A DNA stretch of 64,000 bases from Leucoraja erinacea (taxonomy: Eukaryota), in NCBI RefSeq assembly GCF_028641065.1, contig NC_073389.1:29822001-29886000 (forward strand), given 5' to 3'. How positions within the stretch are numbered: position 1 is the first letter of the stretch; every line of letters begins with the position of its first letter. The translations under genes and the position numbers were made by a program. Shown one piece after another: positions 39,601 to 51,600 of the stretch. The notes under the pieces are model-generated. The model was not told the origin of the DNA. It did not search any database and saw only the letters and a program-made list of their open reading frames with translations.

Positions 39601-42600
39601 TCCTGGTGGGCAATGTCACTGAAAACTTTATTTGAAGCTCTTAGGTTTCCTTGTATTGAGTGCAGCAGCCTGACATGTATGATTTGCTTGCATGAGCAAA
39701 TATGCAAGGAGGTTGTTTTTGTATTTGATAGTTTCAGCTGTATTCACTGCTGACTTTTGAAACGTCTTGACTCTTGAAGTTGGAATAAGAGAGAATCATT
39801 TGTGGCGTTCTGTTCTCAACATACATGCAGAAGCTTCTGTTTCTCTAACACCAGAGAAAATTCACAAATTCTCTATATATAAAAAAAACCTTCTCTGATT
39901 CTTCATGCAGATCAGAGGCCTTGGGAAGAACATCTTTCTCTCATTTGTTAAGTTTTCATGTATTTTGATAGTTATTTTATGCTGACATTGAGATGACAAT
40001 GCATGGTTGTTTATACCTGGTTTGAAAGTAGCACAAACAGTAGCCATTTTGATTATTATTTGATGCCTGTTTTGTTCCTTGTAGGAATTTCTACGGTTCC
40101 CTTTTCTTGACTATGTCTGTTTGTATAGTATGGGGTAGCAAAACTATCTTAGCAATTTGATGATACTGTGTTGATTTGATCCACTACCTGTTATAAATCA
40201 ATCACATATGTTTTGTAAAATCCATGAGAGAAATGTATTACTTAAAATAAGCAAAGGGCATGGAAATTGCAGCTTTAAAAAAATTAAGCCAAGTTGTATA
40301 ACAGTAGCAGTGGAAGTACAACATGTGTAGTTGGAGGGGTTGATCTCTCACTGTGTTCTCCCAGATTCTGTCTGTAACTTCAGAGCCAGATGGAAACGAC
40401 CATTTACACATTCCTTCATGGATTCCCCAGAAATGTTAATGTGAAATTGGGGTACTTCCACCACCTAATACAATGTTCCACATTGTTGAATTATTCAGAG
40501 CTGCTGCATGATATTACAAGATTCATCCTAGTGTGATAGGGTGGGATGGGAGCACGCAGGATTTGCCTTATGAAGAGAGAATACGCAGATTGTGTTTGTG
40601 CTCTCTTGAGTTTGGAAAAACGAGAGACAATTGTATTATAATATTAAAAATTCTAAGAATCATCATAGGTTAGATATAGGGAACATGTTTCTCGTGGGTG
40701 GGGTATCTAGAACCAGGTGTCACTGTCACTCAATAAGGGGTCTGCTTAGGGAGCAAACTGAGATGAGGTTTCTTCACTTAGCGGGTGACGAATTCTTGGA
40801 ATCTTTGGCTCGGGTATTGGGGACATTGAAGACAGACCTGCAGATAGGAAGAAGGGTTTCGGCCCGAAACATTGCCTATTTCCTTCGCTTCATAGATGCT
40901 GCCGCATCCGCTAAGTTTCTCCAGCATTTTTGTCTACCTATGATTTTCCAGCATTTGCAGTTCCTTCTTGAACAGACCTGCAGATTGTTGGGTGTTAAGG
41001 AAATTAAGGGATACGTGGTTGTTGCAGGAAAGTGATGCTGAAATTAAAAATCAACCGTAATCTTTGGGAATGCAGGAGCTGGAGCAGGTGTTTGGTGCCT
41101 TTCTCTAACGTTCTGTATTGTTAAGATCAGCAATGTTGTTGGAAAGTGTAATTGGATCAGGCAGCAGCTTTGACTCTGGGTCCACTGTCGTTTGTGCAGC
41201 AGGTGTGAACCGAGAGGATATCTTTTTAACTTTTACTAACCTCTGGCACTGGACTGTTTCATTCCAAGTAGTTTGATAAGGATCTCAATTCTGCCCACAT
41301 GCAATGACCTTATTGGGCTGGAACTTAAGAATCCATTTTCAGATTTGAACAGAATGGCTGTTAGCTGTGAGATGCCTTGCTGGGATGCACATAAACTGGG
41401 TGACCATAGTACAGACAAGTTTCTTCATGCCTACAGCCTTACGTAAGATCTGCATATATGGAGTCTAAAATAGAATTGACTACTTGCCAGGACTTTTACT
41501 CTTTTGTAAATAAAAATCAAAAACTTAATATGCTGGAAATCTGAAATGAATGTAAAAATGGCTAGAACCACTGAGCAGGTCAGACAGCAGCTTTGGAAAC
41601 AGAATGGAGTCAACGTGCCTCACCCACTGAATTACTCTAGCACTTTGTCTTTTTTTAAACCAGCATCTGCAGTTCCTTGGTTCTACATTTTATGTCAGTC
41701 TCTTTGAACTGGAAAAGAGAGTCAAGTTAATTTTTGTTACAGCAAAGATGTGGGAGGGATGGATAAAACAAAGGGTTAATCTCTGGTTAATGGAGCAAAG
41801 ATTAACACAAAATGCTGGAGTAACTCTGGGTCAGGCAACATCTCTTGATAATAGGATAGCCGACATTTCGGGTCAGGACCCTTCTTAAAACTGATTGAAG
41901 GGAGATGGGGGGTGGGGTAGCGGGGGGGGGGGGGGGGGGGGGACGAGGACTGGAAGCAAGAAAAAAAGGACAAATCGGGGGCGGTAACAGATGACCTCGG
42001 GCAAGAGGGTTCCTTGACTCTTGGCTAGAGAACCGGGTAATGGACTTTTAGTGCAGGAAATTAGGGGGGTTGAAGGGAGGTGGGGGCAAGGGAGGGGAGT
42101 GTTTGTAAAAGCTTCCTAAAATTGGAAAATTCAATGTTCATTAGCGTTGGGTTGTAAGCAATCTAAGCGGTGTTTGAGGTGCTGTTCCTCCAGTTTGCAT
42201 GTAGCCTTGCTCTGGCAATGGAGGAAACCGAGGACAGAAAGGTCAATATGGGAAAAGGGGAGTTAAAGTGGTTAGCAACCAGGAGAACCAGTAGGCCTTA
42301 GAGAACTGAGTTTAAATATTCAGTGAAACGGTTGTTGAGTCCACACTTTGTGTCGGGTAATGCAGCAGTTCGAGAGAGCACAAGTGGATGTGATTTGAGG
42401 GCAGTTAGTGTGTGAGAATTAAGGCAATTAAACATGAAACGGTGCAAAATGCAGTGCTGTGTGACATCAGGCTATACTAATGAGGAAAAAAACTCAACCG
42501 TTGGATGGATGGCCTACATAGAAAGGGCCAATATGGTACAGACAGTGAGCATGAGTTATCATAAGTTGTAGAATCCAATCTGCAGGGCAGCAACATGCCC

Positions 42601-45600
42601 AGACAGCTTATGCAAAGTGAGCTAGGTTCACAGCCGACAACTTTCCCCTTCACTTTCCATTGTCGCCACCTTGAACTGGATCCAAATTGTATGGCATTAC
42701 TCTTCACCTTGACCCAGAATTTGCATGATCAGATAAAAGTAATTAGGTGATGGAGGCAGAAGCAGAACAGTTACTTAAATGGTAAATTGATCATCTGCTA
42801 TTCCCTCTGTGTATTCATGAAATGAGTGATGGGTTCTGAATCTGTGTCACATAGACTATTTTAGGGTAATGATGTTCATGGGGAATTGCTAACCTTGTGC
42901 ACGCATTATACCGCTGGCTTCAGAGAGAAAGGATTTATTCCTTTTCTGCAGGAGTATTCGTGTCGACAGTAAAATGTGATGTTAGCAGCAGCTTTGGTTA
43001 TTACATTTTTGATTTTCTTTCCCTTTTTAAAGCATTGAAGACATTTATCCAGACAAAAAACAAGATTTTGACTCTGGGATTGGAAGTGATAATGGGGATA
43101 AACGCCTCTCTGCAACTGAAGTGAGTATTTTCAATATACCAACATTTTTATCTGCAGACAAAACTTCTAAAGTAAGGAAAATTCTTGGCAGTATAATCGG
43201 TGGCTTAAATGAGTGGACAAAGCAACAAACAGTGGATCTCTTATCTAACTGGAAAAAAATGCTCTTGTGCTATATGCTGCGAGCTGCATTTCACTATGAA
43301 ATGCAAATTTTGAAACCACTGTGGTTTTTTTTGTAGCAGAATATCTTTTCACTTCCAGCTGGACTGAAAGAGAGAATAGCAATCCTGATTCTGTAACAGC
43401 GTTAAATCTTTTGGTAGCCAATTTGTGCTGTCTTTCTGTAAAAAAAAAAAGCCTGAAGGAGTGGTGCTGAAGGAGTACTTTCCTCTGTATTCACAATGGA
43501 GACGGATGTGGAGGATAGTGAGATCGGTATGGAGAATACTAATATGCGAGGGCAGTTTAAGGTTAAGAAGGAGGTGGGGATGGGGGTCTTGAAGAGTGTT
43601 AGGTGGCTAGATCTCCAGGACCTGATGGGATCTATCCCAGGTTATTGAGAGAGGCAAGAATGGGAATTCAGGGGACTTGACAAGGACCTTTGCATTTTCT
43701 CTAGCCACAGACATGAACTGGAGACTATCCATTGTTCCTTTGTTTAAGAAGGGAAGTAGAGATAATCCGAGCAAGTGTGAGGTTGCACTTTGGGAGGTTG
43801 AATGTAAGGGGAAAGTTAATGGTAAGATGCTTATTGGCATCTTGGGGTTCAAGTACAAAGCTTCCTGAAAGTGCAACACAAGTAGAGAGAGTGGTATAGA
43901 AGGCATATGGTATGGTTGCCTTCACTGCTGTGAGCATTGAGTATACGAATCAGGAAATTACGTTGCAGCTTGATAGGACATAGGTTAGGTTGCATTTGAA
44001 GTATTGCATGTTCTGGTTGCCCCTTTACAAGAAAGGTGAAGTAACTGGAGAGATTGCAGAAGCATTTTATCAGAATTCTGTTTGGATAAGCTCTAACGAG
44101 AGGTTGGACAAACTTGGATATTTTTCTCTGGAACACCGAAGGTTGAGGGGAAACCTGACGGAAGTATATATATTTTTATGAGGGGCATAAATGGAATAGA
44201 CAGTCAGAATCTTTTTCCAGGGTTAAAATGTCTGAGACTAGAGGGCATAGCTTTAAGGTGAGAGAGGAAAAGTTTAATGTTTAAAGGAGATGCGCTGGGC
44301 AAGTTTTTTTTTACCCAGAGAGTGTGGGTGCCTGGAATGCGTTGCCAAGGGTGGCTGTAGATATGACAGTGATGTTTACGAGGCTTTTAGAAGGGTACAT
44401 GGGTATGCAGGGAATGGCGAAATGGATCATCTGCAGACAGAGGAGATGAGTTTATCATGGCATCATGTTTGACATAAACATTGTGGGCTGGAGGGCATGT
44501 TCCTGTGTAATACTTTTCTATGTGTTACATTCAGTGGGCGACAGAGTGAATTCTGACAGATTAATGACACTGTCATTCTTCCCTTTATGGATTCCTGGGA
44601 CACTCAGCAGTTCTGCTCTTGAGATGTTTGATAAGCAAATGAAAGACTGAATATTTGGCTGGCTTGCCACACCTTTCATCAATTGGGTTTTAGGTCATTT
44701 CTCATAAATATATGCCAGGAGCATTAGATCAGCTGCTTTAAGTTAAACTAAAAATATGCACCTGGATTTGAGAGGTGATCAAGTTACTAGTAACTGACTG
44801 AGTGGTTGATTGAAATTAATTGCACTACAGTAGATATTCTTGAAGGTAGTCTCAGGAAGATCTCTGCTTATCTGGAATGATGAAGACTCAGGGACTTTCT
44901 TATAACCTTGTTCAAGCCAGTGATTATTTCTAGGAAAACATTTTCTGAGCCATTAATTGCTGATTTATCTTCTGTTATCACGTGCTTGAATTTAGAATAC
45001 ACCAGCTGAGGCATCACAGGAAATCAACACAAATCTAATTGAGCATGCAACAGTTGCTAGCCTTTATCAGTCTATTTACTTGGAATGTCCTTTATTTATG
45101 CGCCAATAAGCTGTGCGCAGCAGCAACAGAAGAGACTTGTCTGAAATATTTCATCCCAAAACCTAACTATTTTTAGCCTGAAATTAGTTCATAGAGTTGC
45201 ACAACACAGAAACAGACTCTTTGGCCTAGACAACCACAGCAGTCATCTTCACTGATCCCATTGATGCCGATTCGGCCTGTAGCCTTCTATCCTTTAACGA
45301 TTCAAGCATGTCTAAGTTCTTCTGAAATGTTGTGAGAGTATTTGCCTGAATCAGCACCTCAGGCAGTACAATCTAGATTTCAACCACTCTGTGTAGAAAA
45401 TGGTGCCCCTCAAATCTCTAAATCCCCTCCCTCTCACCTTAAACGTATGGTATCGTAGGCATCCCCACCATGAAATAAGATTTGTTGTAAAGAAGAAAAG
45501 GATGAAAATAAATTGTGTGGTTGCCCACTGTTTCAAAAATCATGCAAAATGAATGTAAAATGTTATAAAAATAATTCAAATATATCTCCTTTAAGTAACG

Positions 45601-48600
45601 ATAGCTCCTGCATGCATACGTAATCAGGTCAAGAGAATGTCTCAAAAGAACGTTAGGAGCTGGGAGTCAGGAATGAAACTTGCCATCTTCTTATCTCATT
45701 CTTTATAATTTGTCCATTAATGAAATAGTCCATACCTGAACGCAGCATAACGGGGACAACGTGCAGGCTTGTTTCAGTAAGTGGCAACAATAATTTGTGC
45801 CACTCAATTCCCAGGCAGTGACCATCCCAACAACTGAGAGCTTCAGTTTAAGCTGACCTTTTGATATTTAATGGGATCAAGATCACCACTCACCTAGAAA
45901 CTTGTGGATCAACCATGTAAATACAGTGGGAACAAAAGCAGGTGGGAAAGAGGGTATCTTTTGAATCAGTGATTACCCAAAGCCTTCAGATTAGGAATAT
46001 GCTAGAATACTTTCCATTTGCTTGGATGAATGCTGCTGTTACATCAATCAAAGCACAATACCATCCAGGATAAAAGAGCCCATTTGATAGTTATCCTATC
46101 CACCACCATGGGTACTCCCTCTATCAGTCACCCACTTTAGGTGCAGTGTGCATTATCTGCAAGATGTGCTGCAGGAAGTCAGAGTTTTTTCAGCAACAGC
46201 ATTCATCTGTGACCTTCAACCAAGAAGGACGTAAGCCAAAGGTACATACAAACACCATATGTTTCCTTCCAGTCGTACTTTATATTAACTAGTTCTCCTT
46301 ACAATGAGTCATAACTTTATTAAATTCTGGAATTTTTCCAATCCTCAGTCATTGCCATTTTTTGTGACATTAGAAGCCTTTGATCCAATACTACCTTTGT
46401 TAAGCATTGTTAGAGCACTTTTCCTGTTGGATTTTTATGCCCAAATAAATGTTGTACCTAATGTACCTATTCATGGAATCATATAGCACAAGAAAACAGG
46501 CCTTTTGGCGCACCAAGTCCATACCAACCATCGGCCACCCATTTACACTTATCATGCATTCATCTTGTTTTATTTTTCCCACATTCCCAACAACCCCCCT
46601 GAGTTTCTACCACTTGCCTACACACTCGAGGGAATGTACAACATCCAATGAATCTACCAACCTACACATCTTTGGAATGTAGGACAAAACTGCAGCACCC
46701 TTAAGAAATCCATGCGGTCATAGTGCAAACTTCACACCGACAGCATCGGAAGTTAAAATGGCATTCAGTAGTTGCAATTGTGAGGCAGCAGCTCCACTTG
46801 GTGTATCGCTGTACCTTTAACCAGCACCATTGCTTGTTTACCATTATACCTCTGATTGTACTGCCACAAAATTATATGTTTGCATTTGTTCATTGGACTT
46901 TATGTGAAATTTCCACCTTCAGCCTTCAGATGAAGACACAGCTAGTCTGACCTTTCAAATGGCGCATATCTCAGAGGAAGAGCACTTGAATAAACAGGAG
47001 GAATATTTAAATGTTGGAACAATGAAAGGTAAATTGTTTATGACTGGTGACATACCTGCATACTGAGTAGGTCTCAGATCTGTAAATCTAATTATTTCTA
47101 AGCAGTTAATTCATCAAAAGTAAATGTTAAATGGCACGTTTTGGGAGAGATAACTAGAATTGTAAATTTACCCTTTGTAATAACATTTTTAGTAGCGCGG
47201 GAACTAAGCGAGTGGAATACAAATGTTTAGAAACTAACCGATGAATGGTATTTTAATTTTGCAAGGCAATGGTATTTTACTACCCATGTAGAAAAGGGAG
47301 ATGATGATGGTAATTGTATGGCCAAAACATTATCCAGCAGCCATTTTTGAAATAGGAGGTTGAAGTACAAAGAAGTTACATTGTGTGTTCTATTGAGATA
47401 TTAAAAAAATGATGAATAACATTATAAAAAAGGACTTGAAAATTATAAAGGTATTCTAGGGAGCAGAATAATTAATAGAAAATTGAAAGTTTTCAAAATT
47501 ATGTAAATGGTTGAGAAATGAATAGGTGTCATGTGCTCTCCAAGAACAATGAATCTCAAAGATGCCGACACAAGTTCATGATTTCCCATGCAATTAATTT
47601 AGGTACAAATAGATTTCTTCTGTGAGAGTTCTTCAGGATTGAAGATAACATGCTGCCACTCTCATTTTGTGAGCCATGAGGCCAGATTGGGACTGGCAAA
47701 GTCGGCTAAGTCTGGAGCAGGGGTTGGCTGATAGAATGATGAGTGGGTAGTTTGGAGAAGTAGACTTATAGAAACATAGAAACATAGAAATTAGGTGCAG
47801 GAGTAGGCCATTCGTCCCTTCGAGCCTGCACCGCCATTCAATATGATCATGGCTGATCATCCAACTCAGTATCCCGTACCTGCCTTCTCTCCATACCCCC
47901 TGATCCCCTTAGCCACAAGGGCCACATCTAACTCCCTCTTAAATATGGCCAATGAACTGGCCTCAAGTACCCGCTTTGGCAGAGAGTTCCAGAGATTCAC
48001 CACTCTCTGTTTGAAAAAAGCTCTTCCCATCTCGGTTTTAAAGGATTCCCCCTTATCCTTAAGCTGTGACCCCTTGTCCTGGACTTCCCTAACATCGGGA
48101 ACAATCTTCCTGCATCTAGCCTGTGCCTGTCCAACCCCCTTAAGAATTTTGTAAGTTTCTATAAGATCCCCTCTCAATCTCCTAAATTCTAGAGAGTATA
48201 AACCAAGTCTATCCAGTCTTTCTTCATAAGACAGTCCTGACATCCCAGGAATCAGTCTGGTGAACCGTCTCTGCACTCCCTCTATGGCAATAATGTCCTT
48301 CCTCAGATTTGGAGACCAAAACTGTACACAATACTCCAGGTGTGGTCTCACCAAGACCCTGTACAACTGCAGTAGAACCTCCCTGCTCCTATACTCAAAT
48401 CCTTTTGCAATGAAAGCTAACATACCATTCGCTTTCTTTACTGCCTGCTGCACCTGCTGCACCTGCATGCCTACCTTCAATGACTGGTGTACCATGACAC
48501 CCAGGTCTCGCTGCATCTCCCCCTTTCCCAATCGGCCACCATTTAGATAATAGTCTGCTTTCCCGTTTATTCCCGTTTATTCTCCCCATTCACACTGAGC

Positions 48601-51600
48601 TTCTGTGTGACCCCAATGAATGGACCCGAAGTTCTCAAAGTTGACGGACTGTTTGAGGGTGTCCTTGAATCTTTGCCGCTGCCGTCTGGTTACCTCTCTC
48701 CATGAACAAATATCGTACCAGTGTGTCTGTTTCAGATGCCTGGCATCAGGTATGCAAACGATGTGGCATGCCTAGCACAGCCTACTGATAGCAATAAGAA
48801 TTGAATGCTGAGGATTTGGTTTGACAATAGACAATAGGTGCAGGAGTAGGCCATTTGGCCCTTTGACATTCATTGTGATCATGGTTGATCATCCTCAATC
48901 AGTAACCCGTTCCTGCTTTCTCCCCATATCACCTGACTCTGCTATCTTTAAGAGCCCTATCTAGCTCTCTCTTGAATGTATCCAGAGAACCGGCCTCCAC
49001 CGCCCTCTGAGGCAGAGAATTCCACAGACTCACAACTCTCTGTGAGAAAAAGTGTTTCCTCGTCTCCATTCTAAATAGTTTATCCCTTATTCTTAAACTG
49101 TGTCCCCTGGTTCTGGTCTCCCCCAACACCGGGAACATGTTTCCTGCCTCTAGCGTGTCTAAACCCTTAATAATTTTATATGTTTCAATAAGATTTCCTC
49201 TCATTCTTCTAAAGTCTAGAGTATACAAGCCCAGCCGCTCCATTCTCTCAGCATATGACAGTCCCACCATGCCGGGAATTAACCCTGTAAACCTACGCTG
49301 CACTCCATCAATAGCAAGAATGTTCTTCCTCAAATAAGGGGACCAAAACTGCACACAATACTCCAGGTGTGGTCTCACTAGGGCCCTATACAACTGCAGA
49401 AGGACCTCTCTGCTCCTATACTCAACTCCTCTTGTTATAAAGACCAACATGCCATTTGCTTTCTTCACTGCCTGCTGTACGTGCATGCTTACGTTCATTG
49501 ACTGATGAACAAGGACCCCCGATCCCATTGTACTTCCCCTTTTCCCAACTTGACACCATTTAGATAGTAATCTGCCTTCCAGTTTTTGCTACTAAAGTTG
49601 ATAACCTCACATTTATCCACATTAAACTGCATCTGCCATGCATCTGCCCACTTCCCCAACCTGTCCAAATCACCCTACATTCTCATAGCATCCTCCTCAC
49701 AGTTCACACTACCACCCAGCTTTGTGTCATCTGTAAATTTGCTAATGTTACTTTGAATGTATATTGTGAATGGCTGCGGTCCCAGCACCGAGCGTTGCGG
49801 TACCCCACTAGTCACTGCCTGCCATTCTGAAAGGGACCCGTTAATCCCTACACTTTGTTTCCTGTCTGCCAACTCATTTTCTATCCATGTCAGCACTCTA
49901 CCCCCAATACCATGTGCCCTAATTTTGCCCACTAATCTCTTATGTGGGACCTTATTAAATGCTTTCTGAAAGTCCAGGCACACTACATCCACTGGCTCTC
50001 CCTTGTCCATTTTCCTAGTTACATCTTCAAAAAATTCCAGAAGATTAGTCAAGCATGATTTCCCCTTCGTAAATCCATGCTGACTCAGACCGATCCTGTT
50101 ACTGCTATCCAAATGTGCCGCTATTTCATCTTTTATAATTGACTCCAGCATCTTCCCCACAAACAATGTCACGCTAACTGGTCTATAATTCCCTGTTTTC
50201 TCTCTCCCGCCTTTCTTAAAAAGTGGGATAACATTAGCTACCCTCCAATCCACAGGAATTTTTCCTGAGTCTATAGAACATTGGAAAATTATCACCAATG
50301 TATCCACGATTTCTAGAGCCACTTCCTTACCCTGGGATGCAGACCATCAGGCCCTGGGGATTTGTCAGCCTTCAGTCCCATCAGTCTACCCAACACTATT
50401 TCCTGCCTAATGTGGATTTCCTTCAGTTCCTCCATCACCCCAGATCCTCTGGCCACTAGTATATCAGGAAGATTGTTTGTGTCCTCCTTAGTGAAGATGG
50501 ATCGAAAGTACCTGTTCAACTCATCTGCCATTTCCTTGTTCCCCATAATAAATTCACCTTTTTTAGTCTTCAAGGGTCCAACTTTGGTCTAACTTCGTAC
50601 CTCATCTTTTCTTCCCGTATTGTCTTTTTGGTTATCTTCTGTTGCTCTTTATACATTACCCAATTATCTTGCTTCCCGCTCATCTTTGCTACTTCTCTTT
50701 TATTTTTATACTGTCCCTGACGTCCCTTGTCCCCCACGGTCACCCCTTACTCCCCTTGGAATCTTTCTTCCTCTTTAGAATGAACTGATCCTGCACCTTC
50801 TGTATTACTCCCAGAAATACCTGCCATTGTTGTTCCACTGTCATCCCTGCTAGGGTATCTTTCCAGTCAACTTTTGCCAGCTACTCCCTCATGGCCCCTT
50901 TATTCAACTGTGACACTGGCACCTTTGATTTACCCTTCTCCCTCTCCAATTGTAGATTAAATTTGACCATATTATCGTCACTACCTAATGGCTCCTTAAC
51001 CTCAAGTTCCTTTATAAATCCAGTTCATTACATAACACAAATTCCAGAGTTGCCTTCACCCTGGTAGGCTCCAATACAAGCTGCTCTAAGAATCCATCAC
51101 ACTCCACAAACTCCCTTTCCAGTATCAACGTGATTTTCCCAGTCTACCTGCATGTTGAAATCTCCTATAACAACAGTAGCATTAACTTCACTACATGCCA
51201 ATTTTAACTCCTGATTCAACTTGCACTCTATATCCAGAATACTGTTTGGGAGCTTGTAGATAAGTCCCATTAGGGTCTTTTTACCCGTACAATTCCTTAG
51301 TTCTATCCATACTGACTCCACATCTCCTGTTTCAATGTCCCCCCTTGCAAGGAACTGAATTTAATTCCTCACCATCAGAGCTATCCCACTCCCTCTGCCC
51401 ACCTGTCTGTCTTTTCGATAGGAGGTATACCCTTGAATATTCAGTTCCCAGCCCTGGCCCTCTTGCAGCCATGTCTCCGTAATTCCCACAACATCAACTT
51501 GCTAATTTCTAACTGAGCCTCAAGCTCGTCCACTTTATTTCTTATATGTTGCGCATTCATATACAACACTTTGACCTCGGTATTCACCTCCCCTCTCGCA

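Noticed and set aside
38697-39619. Long ORFs (199-285 aa) in the ORF track
   Set aside because: They are artefacts of translating through the N gap.
4829-40971. Recurring ~30 bp hairpin repeat as a CRISPR-like array
   Set aside because: Copies are dispersed over tens of kb on both strands, have no regular spacers and no cas genes, and belong to a eukaryotic Penelope-derived repeat.
10790-41945. Poly-G/poly-C runs (about 10790, 18512, 25430, 34659, 41922) as G-quadruplex regulators
   Set aside because: They are homopolymers inside repeat remnants with unreliable lengths, and nothing supports a function.
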